DNA of 64,000 bases from contig JBFMAF010000015.1 in NCBI GenBank assembly GCA_040755995.1, forward strand, positions 32,001-96,000, written 5' to 3'. Shown here piece by piece: positions 41,419 through 50,685 of this stretch. The position numbers were made by a program, and so were the translations under genes. Each line of letters begins with the position of its first letter. Within the stretch, counting starts at the first letter, position 1. The notes under the pieces were generated by a model, which saw only the letters and a list, made by a program, of their open reading frames with translations, did no database searches and had not been told where the DNA came from. This DNA is from Acidobacteriota bacterium. Lineage in GTDB: Bacteria > Acidobacteriota > CAIWXX01.

Positions 41419-42660
41419 ATGAGACCACCGGTGTCCTTCCTGGGTGTCGCTCTGCATGCTTTCATTGGCATCGCGGCCTGCTCCTCGGCTGGTGCGCAAC
41501 AGATGGCGTGGGTTCAGAAGAGCCCGTCAACGAGCCCAGCAGCGCGACACCGCCACGCCATGGCCTACCACATGGCGAGAGCGCAGGCAGTGCTCTTCGG
41601 TGGCATCGGCGATAGTGGCGTACTCGGCGATACGTGGACATGGAACGGCTCAGCGTGGAGTCAAGCAGTGCCGTCATCGTCGCCTCCAGCGCGTATGCAT
41701 CATGCCATGGCATACGATGCAGCCCGCGGCCAAGTGGTCCTGTATGGCGGAATGGGAGCGTTCGCTTTCGGTGACACTTGGGTCTGGGATGGCACCACCT
41801 GGCACCTCAAGGCCCCGTTCCCCAACCCGTCGTTTCGCAGCTACCACGCGATGGCCTATGACAGCAGTCATGCGGAAGTGATTCTCTTCGGCGGCTATGA
41901 ATGGACACGAATGAACGATACGTGGGGCTGGGATGGCACAAGCTGGACCGTCAAGACTCCGGCAACAAGTCCGTCTGCCAGAACGTTCCACGCGATGGCG
42001 TACGATGCAGCCCGCAGCGAGCTAGTGCTCTTTGGCGGCTGGGACGGTGCTTCTCCACTCGGCGATACCTGGGTGTGGAACGGAAGCGACTGGACACGGA
42101 GATACCCTCTGACTAGTCCGCCTGCACGCGACTCCCATGCGATGGCCTACGACGCCGCACGGGGACAGGTTGTACTCTTCGGTGGATGGAATCGAGTCAC
42201 CGACTTCAACGACACATGGACTTGGGATGGAACGACCTGGACGCAACAGACTCCCTCAGCAATGCCATCACTGCCGCTGGCACTGCCCCCCGCTCGGAGT
42301 TTCCACGCGATGACATACGACGTGCTCCATCAAGAGGTGGTCCTATTCGGCGGCAGCAATCCAGATGCTCTGCTCTCGGATACCTGGGTGTGGAGGCCGT
42401 GGTCTGGGCCGCTGATATCGTCGATCAAATCGAAAAGCAGCAGGCCCGGCACTTCTGCAACGATCACCGGTAGTGGGTTCTCTGCCACGAAGACGGCGAA
42501 CACGGTGAAGTTCGGAAAGTACACAAGCAGTGTGACGAAGGCAAGGACGACACAGCTGACGGTGACGATACCTACGAAGTGCAAGTCAGGGAAGACGTAC
42601 CGAGTGCAGGTAACGGTCAGCGGAAACAAGAGCAACGTCGTCCAATTCCTGATCAAATAA
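41419..42660 (+). CDS. Secreted Kelch-like beta-propeller protein with C-terminal IPT/TIG domain
   Basis: Signal peptide; six repeats PxARxxHAMAYD...VVLFGG...DTWxWxG; C-terminal PGTSATITGSGF...VKFG...LTVTIP; SD AGGAGG; TTGACA-17-CATAGT at 41366-41394. Confidence 0.88.
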   Translation: MRPPVSFLGVALHAFIGIAACSSAGAQQMAWVQKSPSTSPAARHRHAMAYHMARAQAVLFGGIGDSGVLGDTWTWNGSAWSQAVPSSSPPARMHHAMAYDAARGQVVLYGGMGAFAFGDTWVWDGTTWHLKAPFPNPSFRSYHAMAYDSSHAEVILFGGYEWTRMNDTWGWDGTSWTVKTPATSPSARTFHAMAYDAARSELVLFGGWDGASPLGDTWVWNGSDWTRRYPLTSPPARDSHAMAYDAARGQVVLFGGWNRVTDFNDTWTWDGTTWTQQTPSAMPSLPLALPPARSFHAMTYDVLHQEVVLFGGSNPDALLSDTWVWRPWSGPLISSIKSKSSRPGTSATITGSGFSATKTANTVKFGKYTSSVTKARTTQLTVTIPTKCKSGKTYRVQVTVSGNKSNVVQFLIK

Positions 42661-42704
42661 GGACAGATGCCCCGAGAGGGCGCATGTTTCACAGGAGGCA
42701 AGAG

Positions 42705-43028
42705 ATGAGAACCCGCGTTTCGACAATCCTCATCGCTGTTCTCGGCCTGATTGTGTTGGCACTCTTCACCCGATGCGAATCCACGCCCACACAGCCAGCA
42801 GCTTCATCTTCGCCCGCCAGTTCGACTCCGCCCGCTACGTCAAGCCCGACCGAAACGTGCGCGGATCTTGAGAACTACTGCACGGGCTTGGTGTGGACTG
42901 AGGTCAAAGGTGCCAGTAACATCCGGAGTTCGTGTTCGTACAATGCGTCAACTGGGACCTATACGGTGACCACGACCTACGACATGCCAGGCGGGATCAG
43001 TCGATCCGTTCAGCACCAGTTCAAGTGA
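42705..43028 (+). CDS. Hypothetical exported protein / lipoprotein
   Basis: SD AGGAGG; hydrophobic N-terminus ending in FTRC; Ser/Pro/Thr linker. Confidence 0.65.
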   Translation: MRTRVSTILIAVLGLIVLALFTRCESTPTQPAASSSPASSTPPATSSPTETCADLENYCTGLVWTEVKGASNIRSSCSYNASTGTYTVTTTYDMPGGISRSVQHQFK

Positions 43029-43179
43029 TGGAGTCACTGAGGCAGCCAGCGCCACGACTTCCGGGAGGCTGGGGCGACGGCCCGAGAGCTGGCCACTCCG
43101 CAGTCAGCCCGCCCCCGCTTCCTTGGTGATGGAGCATTCTCGGCGATCATCAATTGATCAATGCCCTCAACGCGGGTCG

Positions 43180-43452
43180 TTATGAACTGCGCCTCGGACG
43201 AGTGAAGCGTATTCCCTTCTGTTCCGCTTCTCTCATCGCTTGCTCCTCGTTGCGTCTGCGGGTCTCATAGGCTTTGCGGGCAACTTCACTGCGCCATTCG
43301 GCAGATCCGGGGACGAGCCCCTGGTATCTCGGATCAGGCTCCATCTCCTCTTTCCCTGCCCACTGCCCGGTGTGGAACTTCCTAGCCCATGACTTCAATC
43401 CCGGAGTCAGCTGATTGAACTCCCAGGTTCCCGGCTTGGGGTACTTGGACAT
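43180..43452 (-). CDS. Hypothetical protein
   Basis: 90 aa; SD GAAGGAG upstream. Confidence 0.6.
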   Translation of the reverse strand: MSKYPKPGTWEFNQLTPGLKSWARKFHTGQWAGKEEMEPDPRYQGLVPGSAEWRSEVARKAYETRRRNEEQAMREAEQKGIRFTRPRRSS

Positions 43453-43501
43453 GGCCTTTCTCCTTCACAGATGATGAAATCAAGGTCTCCCTGTTTCCGC
43501 A

Positions 43502-43708
43502 CTAACCGACAAGCTTCTGAATCTCCGCGGCCTGAATGATGGACAGCACGAACAGGATCACCGAAAGGATGAACATCAGAATCATGAACGTGTTGCCTGT
43601 GTTGGCTGTTCTCTTCTCGGGCGGTGCAGCCAACACCTCCAAGCACTTGCCGAGATACCCGATTCCGAAGATGACCACGCACACTGCCCATATGAGTATC
43701 TGGAGCAT
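43502..43708 (-). CDS. Small two-TM membrane protein
   Basis: SD GGAGG; two hydrophobic helices; 68 aa. Confidence 0.6.
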   Translation of the reverse strand: MLQILIWAVCVVIFGIGYLGKCLEVLAAPPEKRTANTGNTFMILMFILSVILFVLSIIQAAEIQKLVG

Positions 43709-44109
43709 ACGCACCTCCCTTTGTGGTTGGACTTCGTGATCAACCCGCCCCGAATGCTTGGCTCGCATTCGGCCAGCGCCCCCACAGCCCGCTGCTGCGA
43801 AACCACCGTGATAACTCCTCGCTCGCAGAAAACGATGCACAGATTATGCGCCGAACTCGGTTGGAAGTCCACCGACAAACACGACGCTCGGGGAGTGAAT
43901 AGAAGCCACGACCGGCAAGCACTGCTTCGGACTCAAGAATGCCATGTCACACCACTGTAACTCCTTCGTATCTCAAGGCTTGGGCCACCATCAGCACGGA
44001 CGGCGAGTGCACGGGCTGTGCCCAAATGTGCGTGCACGCGGAACCGGTAGGGGGTCCCCCCAAAAAACACCCAGGCGCTAGCCGCCCACAGGGTCGTCAT
44101 GTGTTTTGT

Positions 44110-44547
44110 TCACCTATTCCGTTTCCTACCTGCTGCGTACAACCTACGTGCCTTCCCCGAAGCCTGGCCTGCTCTCCTTCGACCCTCTCGTGTCCAGTCA
44201 TGCTGCTTGTCGGTGAGGCTCCGTTCGTCAGGCGGAAACACTCTGGGACCTGGATTCGGACCGCGGCCGTTTGACCCGCGGTCCTCCGCGTCCTCCAGAT
44301 CGAACGGTTCGAGAGGTTCGTTGCAGAATGGCGCAAGGATTTCCTCAAGCGACTTGTCTGAGAGCCCCCAGCTGTCCGACATCTCCTGTAACAGCTCCGC
44401 CGGGTCCCCCAGATCGAAGGGTAGCTCCTCTAATCCCTTGCACATATCGCTGTCTCCTTCGCGCGATGTGCTGCGTTTTACCTGGTCAGTGCGAATCCTG
44501 TTCCTGGTCTTCTTCTTCATGATCGGAGTTCCTCCAACAAGGTTCAT
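44110..44547 (-). CDS. Hypothetical protein
   Basis: Acidic centre and basic C-terminus (GRRRAGQASGKARR); co-oriented downstream of the primase; start uncertain. Confidence 0.5.
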   Translation of the reverse strand: MNLVGGTPIMKKKTRNRIRTDQVKRSTSREGDSDMCKGLEELPFDLGDPAELLQEMSDSWGLSDKSLEEILAPFCNEPLEPFDLEDAEDRGSNGRGPNPGPRVFPPDERSLTDKQHDWTREGRRRAGQASGKARRLYAAGRKRNR

Positions 44548-44685
44548 GGCCCTTCAATCATCATCACGAAGGCCCTTATACATTCATGATGATGAACATC
44601 ACTGCGTCCCCTCCTGTATTCCTTCCACACCTTTTGGGGAAAGGTGGAGAGAAAAAACGTGATGATCCAGGACGTGGATGCAATC

Positions 44686-46554
44686 TTACATGCCACTCTG
44701 GCTTGCGATCTCATAGCAATTCTCGCGCCCTTCTTTTCCGGCGATCTTGAGGACACCGTCCTTGCACAGATCCCTCAGCAAATTCGATGTCGATCTTGAA
44801 TGGAGTTTCAGCTTGCAGCTGATGGCCGCACATGTGAGCGGCCCGTCTTTCTTGAGCAATTCGAGAGTCCTGAAACGAGCACCGCTCCTGCCTGGGTACT
44901 GGCCGCCCTTCGCTTCACCAAGAATGGTCCAGCCTATGGGCTCCTGCCAGTGCAGGTCGAGGGATTGCGGTTTGACACGTCGGCCTCTCACCTTGAGGGT
45001 TGCCTGCACATCGCCTCTCCGTTGCAGATAGAGCACGCTCTCGGCTCCACCGGGGATCGCCATCGTCCCCTGCATGCGGTGCAGAAAGGATGTGGCCAGC
45101 TTTGATTTCGTGGTATGGTGGATGAGCAGAATGCAGACCTTGTGTTTGTGTGCCACGGCTCGAAGACCCGACATCGTTACATTGTCGCCCAGGTAAGCGT
45201 TGCCTCCGTCTTTCTGCATCGGCATCACTTCGACGAACGGATCAATGATCACCAGGCGACACTCGGTGTGCTTTCCAAGGTACTCGTCCATTTGCTCGAT
45301 TCCCCTCTGGTCAATTCTGGGCCACGAATGCCCAACCGTGATCCGTTTGACTCGTTCAGGTGACACGGTGTCTCCGATCAACAGCTGTCTCTGCTGAAGC
45401 AGTCCCGTAGGGTAGTCTTCGAGGCTCAGAAACAACACACCGGCTCCCTGGAGCTCCCGCGTGGGAGACTTCTCCGGGAGCAGTTTGGTGTCGATACCCA
45501 CAACAGCAAGCGCCAGTTGAAGGGCCAGTGTTGATTTCCCTTCCTTCGGCGAACCAGCCAGCACGTGGAGTCCCATTGCCAGAAGGACGCTTGGCAAGAT
45601 CCAGGGTGGACTCTCGTCCTCGCAAGGCGCATTGTCCCATGTGTATAAGTCAGGCTCGTTCGCGGTCTCATCCCGTTCACGGCCCCATTGTTCGCGAGGC
45701 TCGCCTGTGAAGGCTGACTCAATGGTTTTGCGCAGTTCGGCAAGCGTGTACGGTCTAGACTGGCCTGCGCCGTCTTCCTGGGGAACGTGTGGGAGATAGT
45801 CGCGCACGAGAATCTCTGTGGCCTCATCTTTGTGGAAGCCATGGTCTCTAAGCTGCAATGCCGCATCGAACCCGCATTTGTTCCGTTTCCCTACGCAGGC
45901 TTGCAGCATGTACTTCATGGCGATCGCGCGCGCCAAATCCCCACGCCCATTCCCGCCCCCCGCGGCCTTCTCCCCGGCTCGACTGAGCAAGGAATCTCCA
46001 AGGCTGCCTTTGCCGTTTCCGCGACCTGTGAGGTATCCGAGTAGCTCCTCGGGCAACTCGCTGAGGAGATAAGGCGCATGTTTCCCAATGCGCCGATATT
46101 CGCCATTGTGGTTCCGGCCATGGAAGACGACATACCCGCCCTCGCCCTTGAGATCCATCCCCGGAAACGATAGGTTCTTGGTCTTGCCCCGGATCTCCTC
46201 GTCGCCACACAGAAAATAGACGTGCGCGCCGCCACTGCCGCTCCTGACGTGCGGACGAAGGCCCAGCTTCTTCATCGTCTCTAGCCCCTGCTCCCCGTCG
46301 AAGTCTGCGACAACGAGCCTGCTTACGCGACCGGTGATGATCGCCCATGCTGGAGGGGCCAACTCTGCGTTCCACTTCCTCAGTTGACTGAGGCTCGGCC
46401 TCTTCGTTTGAAACTCCATCCAACGGACCATGGCCGCCTTGTTCGCCCCGCATGGGATGATTGAACCTCCGTCCCGGTAGGCTCGAATGACCGCATTGGG
46501 TAAGCGGCTTGATTTTTTCGACATTTGTGGTAAATTCTTGTTGCTCACATTCAC
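44686..46554 (-). CDS. Bifunctional primase/polymerase fused to AAA_25/RepA-like helicase and C-terminal HTH
   Basis: Prim-pol motifs AIITGRVSRLVVADFD, SGSGGAHVYF, DLKGEGGYVV; helicase LAGSPKEGKST, FLSLED, LVIIDP, ILLIHHTTK. Start may be GTG 46548. Confidence 0.9.
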   Translation of the reverse strand: MNVSNKNLPQMSKKSSRLPNAVIRAYRDGGSIIPCGANKAAMVRWMEFQTKRPSLSQLRKWNAELAPPAWAIITGRVSRLVVADFDGEQGLETMKKLGLRPHVRSGSGGAHVYFLCGDEEIRGKTKNLSFPGMDLKGEGGYVVFHGRNHNGEYRRIGKHAPYLLSELPEELLGYLTGRGNGKGSLGDSLLSRAGEKAAGGGNGRGDLARAIAMKYMLQACVGKRNKCGFDAALQLRDHGFHKDEATEILVRDYLPHVPQEDGAGQSRPYTLAELRKTIESAFTGEPREQWGRERDETANEPDLYTWDNAPCEDESPPWILPSVLLAMGLHVLAGSPKEGKSTLALQLALAVVGIDTKLLPEKSPTRELQGAGVLFLSLEDYPTGLLQQRQLLIGDTVSPERVKRITVGHSWPRIDQRGIEQMDEYLGKHTECRLVIIDPFVEVMPMQKDGGNAYLGDNVTMSGLRAVAHKHKVCILLIHHTTKSKLATSFLHRMQGTMAIPGGAESVLYLQRRGDVQATLKVRGRRVKPQSLDLHWQEPIGWTILGEAKGGQYPGRSGARFRTLELLKKDGPLTCAAISCKLKLHSRSTSNLLRDLCKDGVLKIAGKEGRENCYEIASQSGM

Positions 46555-46589
46555 ACTCCTTCGAAACCCCGCTCCAGGGGTTTAGCATG

Positions 46590-46823
46590 CTAAGTTTGCG
46601 TTGATCGCCGTCGCCTTGGTCTTCGGTCGCCTCCGCTCCCTCGGGAGTGCATCCTGAGCCACCTCACAAACTCGTCCTCCCGGTAGAGTGCCGCGCCTGC
46701 CCCTCCGCTGAACCTGATCCAGGGTGGTCCGATGCCGCGCATACGCCACAGTCGCAGTGTTTGCGCTCGCAAGCCCAGACGCTCCGCTACCTCATTCGTT
46801 CGCAACAGCCTTGCTTCGCCCAT
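46590..46823 (-). CDS. AlpA/HTH_17 excisionase-like protein
   Basis: LLRTNEVAERLGL..QTLRLWRMRGIGPPWIR...LYR. Confidence 0.82.
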   Translation of the reverse strand: MGEARLLRTNEVAERLGLRAQTLRLWRMRGIGPPWIRFSGGAGAALYREDEFVRWLRMHSRGSGGDRRPRRRRSTQT

Positions 46824-47025
46824 CGCTCCCTCCGTCGGAAGTGGACCTGCGTCGCCTGTTCTCGCTCCAGGAGAGCAGATCTCGTTTCTCATAGACTACC
46901 CTCGCGCCATGCTTGCGGAACTGCGGTCCTACTCCTGCCCATCGCCAGCGAGACATTGTGCGGTACTTCAGCCCCAGCATCTTGGCCGCGGCTTTGGTGT
47001 CCAGGAACATCGTCGACTCATCCAT
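46792..47025 (-). CDS. AlpA/HTH_17 excisionase-like protein
   Basis: FLDTKAAAKMLGL...TMSRWRWAGVGPQFRKHGARVVY...DL..W; SD AGGAGG. Confidence 0.85.
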   Translation of the reverse strand: MDESTMFLDTKAAAKMLGLKYRTMSRWRWAGVGPQFRKHGARVVYEKRDLLSWSENRRRRSTSDGGSDGRSKAVANE

Positions 47026-47133
47026 CTGCGCAAACCTCCTTCAAACGCTGCGGTATTGCAGCGTTCTCCAGCTATTCTGGAGGACGCAGGGGCAGCGCGG
47101 AATTGGGAGAGCCTCAAGACGGTTTCCCACCCG

Positions 47134-47601
47134 TCAGCGCAGCTTCTTCTTCAGATATCGAATGCGCTCACGAACCAAGCGAGCCTTTTCGTCGGGGCCC
47201 ATGCGTGCCCAGCCTCGCTCGGTCACCTTCAAGCTGCGCAGAATCGCCTCTCTTGTAAGCGGTTCGTCCGAGTCTTCTTCCCGCTCGGATTGCTCAAGCC
47301 ACCCATCGAAATGGTCGGCAATGCTGCGATAAGACCGCCCCTGCACGTGGAGGCTCAGCATGTAATCGCACAAGATAGGAATCGCACCGCGCACGGGGGC
47401 CGTGGGGCGCCTGGCGGCTTTGTCACGAATCTTCTTCACATAGTCCCATGCCACCATCCACTTCTCCCAGGTGATGGTCGGGTCCACGCGAAACCACAGG
47501 CAGAGCTTCTTGGTAATGGGGTCACGCGAGGAGGCGAACTTGAAGTCTCGCCCAGTCCACTGGCTTTGACGTTTAACCCGTGACTGCTTCTTCTCCGCCA
47601 T
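47134..47601 (-). CDS. Hypothetical protein downstream of the integrase
   Basis: 155 aa, co-oriented between int and the HTH genes; HTH-like QGRSYRSIADHF. Confidence 0.65.
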   Translation of the reverse strand: MAEKKQSRVKRQSQWTGRDFKFASSRDPITKKLCLWFRVDPTITWEKWMVAWDYVKKIRDKAARRPTAPVRGAIPILCDYMLSLHVQGRSYRSIADHFDGWLEQSEREEDSDEPLTREAILRSLKVTERGWARMGPDEKARLVRERIRYLKKKLR

Positions 47602-47657
47602 CGGGCAGCCAGCCAGTGGTCAATCCCGACGCTCGGGAAGGTAGGAGGCCCCGGTCC

Positions 47658-48863
47658 TCACACAGCCTCCCGTCTCGCCCTGTTCGCGAAATCAAGTACC
47701 TTCCCGGTGTCTTGGCCTAGACTCGCGGCAATCTCGGAGCATATCCTCTCGGCAGCATCCTTGATCGGGTCCGAAGGGACAACGCTGTAGTATCGCGCCG
47801 TCGTCTGGCTGTCCCTGTGCCCCAGAAGTTCGCCTACGACTTTCAGACCCATGCCGCGGACTGCCCCGAGACTCCCGAAAGTCCGCCGCAGGTCGTGCAG
47901 GCGCACATCCTTCATACCGGCCGCGGCCCGTATTCGTCTCCACGGCTTCTCAAGATCGGTTAGATGTGCGCCTTCCTTGCTGCCCCATATCACGTGCGGA
48001 TTGCCTTCAAACCGTGTGGCGGCTCTCAGGACTTGAAGCGCTGCACCGCCCAAGGGGATGGTCTTGGTGCCGGTCTTGCTATCGGGCAGACGCAGGCAGG
48101 AATGCTCGAAGTCAACCTGATCCCATCTCAGCCTGAGAATTTCTCCGAGCCTCGCGCCAGTCAACAACAGGATCTTGATGGCAGTCACTGCGGAGGGAAC
48201 TGCGAGGTTCTGTTGAACCGCCTCATCCAGCGCCTTCCCGAGCCTTGAGGGTTCATCTCCGCTGAGAATCCGGTTGCGAGGGTGTTCACGGAAGCGTTCG
48301 ATGTGCCTGCACGGATTGGTTCCATCAGTACGCAGTCCCCACCGCTCGGCGAGGTTGAACATCTTCGACAGCAGCGCCAATACTCTGTTGGCCTCATATG
48401 GCGTTTCGCGTAGGCCCTGATGGAGTCGATCGACATCGAAGCGCGTCACATCCTTTGCGGCGATTCTCCCCAGCCGTGGCAGGATGCGGTTGGCCAGGAG
48501 ACGGCGGTCCTCGTAGACACTGCTCGGCTTCTTGCGTGCCTCGGCGTAGTCTCGGATGTACCGTTCTGCCAGGTCCGCCACGGTGGGAGCCTCCGCGCCC
48601 GATGCCTTCATCTGTGCAGGATCATTGCCCGTCAGGACACCGGCGAGAAGCGTTCGCGCTTGTTGTCGCGCCTGCTCTGTGGTGATTTGACCATGATGAC
48701 CAATCGTGAACCATCGGCGACGGCGGCCAACTCGATATCGGATGACGTAACTGCGCATTCGGTCAGGCGTCATGCGGCAACCGAACCCAAGGACCTCCGT
48801 GTCCCAAAGTTGTTGTCCGGGCCTGAGAGACTCGACTTTCCGTTTCGTGATCCTGATCCGCAT
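47658..48863 (-). CDS. Tyrosine recombinase/integrase with arm-binding N-domain
   Basis: LWDTEVLGFGCR...YVIRYR...FTIG N-domain; full catalytic set TGARLGE, SKTG, LHDLRR, LLGH, TTARY; adjacent to attR. Confidence 0.95.
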   Translation of the reverse strand: MRIRITKRKVESLRPGQQLWDTEVLGFGCRMTPDRMRSYVIRYRVGRRRRWFTIGHHGQITTEQARQQARTLLAGVLTGNDPAQMKASGAEAPTVADLAERYIRDYAEARKKPSSVYEDRRLLANRILPRLGRIAAKDVTRFDVDRLHQGLRETPYEANRVLALLSKMFNLAERWGLRTDGTNPCRHIERFREHPRNRILSGDEPSRLGKALDEAVQQNLAVPSAVTAIKILLLTGARLGEILRLRWDQVDFEHSCLRLPDSKTGTKTIPLGGAALQVLRAATRFEGNPHVIWGSKEGAHLTDLEKPWRRIRAAAGMKDVRLHDLRRTFGSLGAVRGMGLKVVGELLGHRDSQTTARYYSVVPSDPIKDAAERICSEIAASLGQDTGKVLDFANRARREAV

Positions 48864-48894
48864 GACGTTTTCCTACTATGCTTGTAGTATCCGT

Positions 48895-48918
48895 GCTCCC
48901 ACTGTGCTCCCAGGCGAC
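48895..48918 (+). repeat. Candidate integrase arm-type site, right copy
   Basis: Identical 24-mer to 40054-40077. Confidence 0.7.
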
Positions 48919-49027
48919 ATCAATTCAGAGCATAACACAGCGCACAAGAACAAACAACAGACAGATCGAAGTGATTGATTTTTCGAACTGGAACGTCCGT
49001 TCTCGTACTGGAGAAAACCGTCGATCT

Positions 49028-49076
49028 CAGACTTCGAATCTGTAGGCCGGGGGTTCGATTCCCTCCGGGCGCGCCA
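49028..49076 (+). repeat. attR core (49-bp duplicate of the tRNA-Arg 3' half)
   Basis: Exact copy of 39956-40004; the 5' half of the tRNA is absent. Confidence 0.95.
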
Positions 49077-49400
49077 GCACCTTCAAGCATTTCCCAGAGA
49101 AATCAGCGAGATAGCTCTCCGAGCTCAATCCCGCCCGGGACCGTCCAGACCCCCCGAAACCCCCTCAGGATGCTCGGTGGTCCCCACAAAAGTCCCCACA
49201 GGCTCTACGCTTGTAGTAAGCCCCTGACAAGCGGCTCCCTGGGATGCTGCGAACATCCCCGGAGCCTGCCAACCCACGCGAGGAGTCCGCGCGGATGGCT
49301 ACCCTGATTTTAGCACACCGTCACCCCAGCCGGCACAGGCCGAGCTCGGGGCTTCTCTACACCAACGATCGAAAGCGGGCGAGTCCCGCGAGGAGGAGTC

Positions 49401-49715
49401 ATGTCTAATCGACCGGACGACGACTACTTGTTCGAACTACGGCGCCATGTGCACCCGGGCTTCGAGGAAATCGAATCGGCCGCGGGGTGCGTGCTTCGGT
49501 GCGCGCTTCCACAAGGCGGTGAGATCGTTCTGTTGGCAGACCGAATCGAGAGGCCAGGGAACATCTCTATCAGGCGGCGCGGAGCGCGGACGATGGTGGG
49601 CGCGATCTTGACCTACGAAGGTTCCGAGGCTTGCGGCCACCCCGACGACGCTGTGGTTCGAACTCTCGTCGAGAACGCGCTTGACTTCCTGTCTGGAGCG
49701 GCGGCTGCGGGGTAG
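49401..49715 (+). CDS. Hypothetical protein
   Basis: SD AGGAGGAG directly upstream; 104 aa. Confidence 0.6.
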   Translation: MSNRPDDDYLFELRRHVHPGFEEIESAAGCVLRCALPQGGEIVLLADRIERPGNISIRRRGARTMVGAILTYEGSEACGHPDDAVVRTLVENALDFLSGAAAAG

Positions 49716-49791
49716 AATCAAGCGAACACTTCCGGAGGGGATGGGCGGCGACAAACGCGGGGCGCTCTGTCCCGCGCTTCCCCTCCAACCG

Positions 49792-50241
49792 TCAGGTATG
49801 AGACTTCTGGGAGGGGCAGACCCGATGCTGAGGATCCCACCAGAGCAATTCCAGCGTGCCCTCCTGCCGAATGCCGAAGATCCTCTCCTCACCCGTCACT
49901 CGGAGGGATACCAGTTCTTCAATATCATCGGCGTGAATCTCCAGGAGTCGAGCACGCGCCTGCGCGCAGAGGTCCCCCACTTCAACTGTGTGGTTCTGTT
50001 TCCTCCCCTGGATCAGGATTTCGTTCCACGTCATCCCTTCGAGGTCCGCTAGGCGTCGCCGAATCCTGTCCAGCACATCTCCTGCGACTCCCTTCCAACT
50101 GAAGGGGCCATCCAGGTCCAGGCGGCGGATTCTCCATGCTGGCATGCGTTGGTTCCAGTCGGGCCCTGGCTGAACCCGCGGTTCTTTCTTGGGATGGGGC
50201 GACAGTCCGCGTCCGATCCGCGGGCGCTTCTGTTTCGCCAC
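49792..50241 (-). CDS. Putative toxin (RelE/ParE-like) paired with Panacea antitoxin
   Basis: 6 bp downstream of the Panacea gene; LEGMTWNEI...H.VEV..L...LVSLRVTGEERIFGIR......LLWWDPQHRVCP. Fold is inferred. Confidence 0.7.
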   Translation of the reverse strand: MAKQKRPRIGRGLSPHPKKEPRVQPGPDWNQRMPAWRIRRLDLDGPFSWKGVAGDVLDRIRRRLADLEGMTWNEILIQGRKQNHTVEVGDLCAQARARLLEIHADDIEELVSLRVTGEERIFGIRQEGTLELLWWDPQHRVCPSQKSHT

Positions 50242-50247
50242 TGCCGG

Positions 50248-50685
50248 TCAGGACTTCGCCAGACCCCCGTAGTACTCGGCCAAGCTCGCGTGGCTAATCC
50301 GCCGACTGCCCCTTTCACCTGGGGCGAGACCCTTCCGCGCCCTCAACCAGGGCGTTTCAGAGTGAGTCAAGTCACTGAGCCACTGTGAGGGCCGGTGACC
50401 GTAGAACTTCAGGACTGCACGAACTGTCTCTCTCTCTTTCTTGGTTAGAGTCGACGGATCGCCGCTTGGCCATTCACTCACTCTGAACTGTCCCCGATGC
50501 AGTTGATACAGCGCGGGAATGACTGGGCCGTTAGCCCACGCCTCGATGTTCTCGGGAAAGAGCGGCGCCTCGTCCCAGACCAGCGACCACGCCTGGGCGT
50601 AGTACACGAGCTTCTGGAGTTTCATGGCGGTCATCTCGCCATGCTCCTTCAGGATGAAAGCAGCGATGTCATGAACGCTGGCCAT
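50248..50685 (-). CDS. Panacea domain (DUF4065 / SocA-like) antitoxin
   Basis: MKLQKLVYYAQAWSL....PLF...IEAWANGPV...LY...LSDLTHSETPW..AR; SD GGAGG. Confidence 0.92.
   Translation of the reverse strand: MASVHDIAAFILKEHGEMTAMKLQKLVYYAQAWSLVWDEAPLFPENIEAWANGPVIPALYQLHRGQFRVSEWPSGDPSTLTKKERETVRAVLKFYGHRPSQWLSDLTHSETPWLRARKGLAPGERGSRRISHASLAEYYGGLAKS

Larger units (their letters stand above)
39956..49076. mobile_element. Integrative element (phage-satellite / integrated-plasmid-like) inserted in tRNA-Arg
   Basis: Bounded by an exact 49-bp direct repeat of the tRNA 3' half; carries a tyrosine integrase, HTH excisionase-like genes and a primase-helicase; no capsid or tail genes recognised. Confidence 0.9.

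Noticed and set aside
41500..42400. Periodic nucleotide repeats resembling an array
   Set aside because: Explained by Kelch-like protein repeats; no constant repeat-spacer structure. No CRISPR array was seen in the window.
44030..44075. Possible cos/packaging site (GGGGGTCCCCC followed by an A-tract)
   Set aside because: Only a superficial resemblance; no terminase or HNH gene identified to support it.
49028..49076. Second tRNA-Arg gene
   Set aside because: Only the 3' 49 nt are present; there is no D-arm or 5' acceptor strand, so it is attR.
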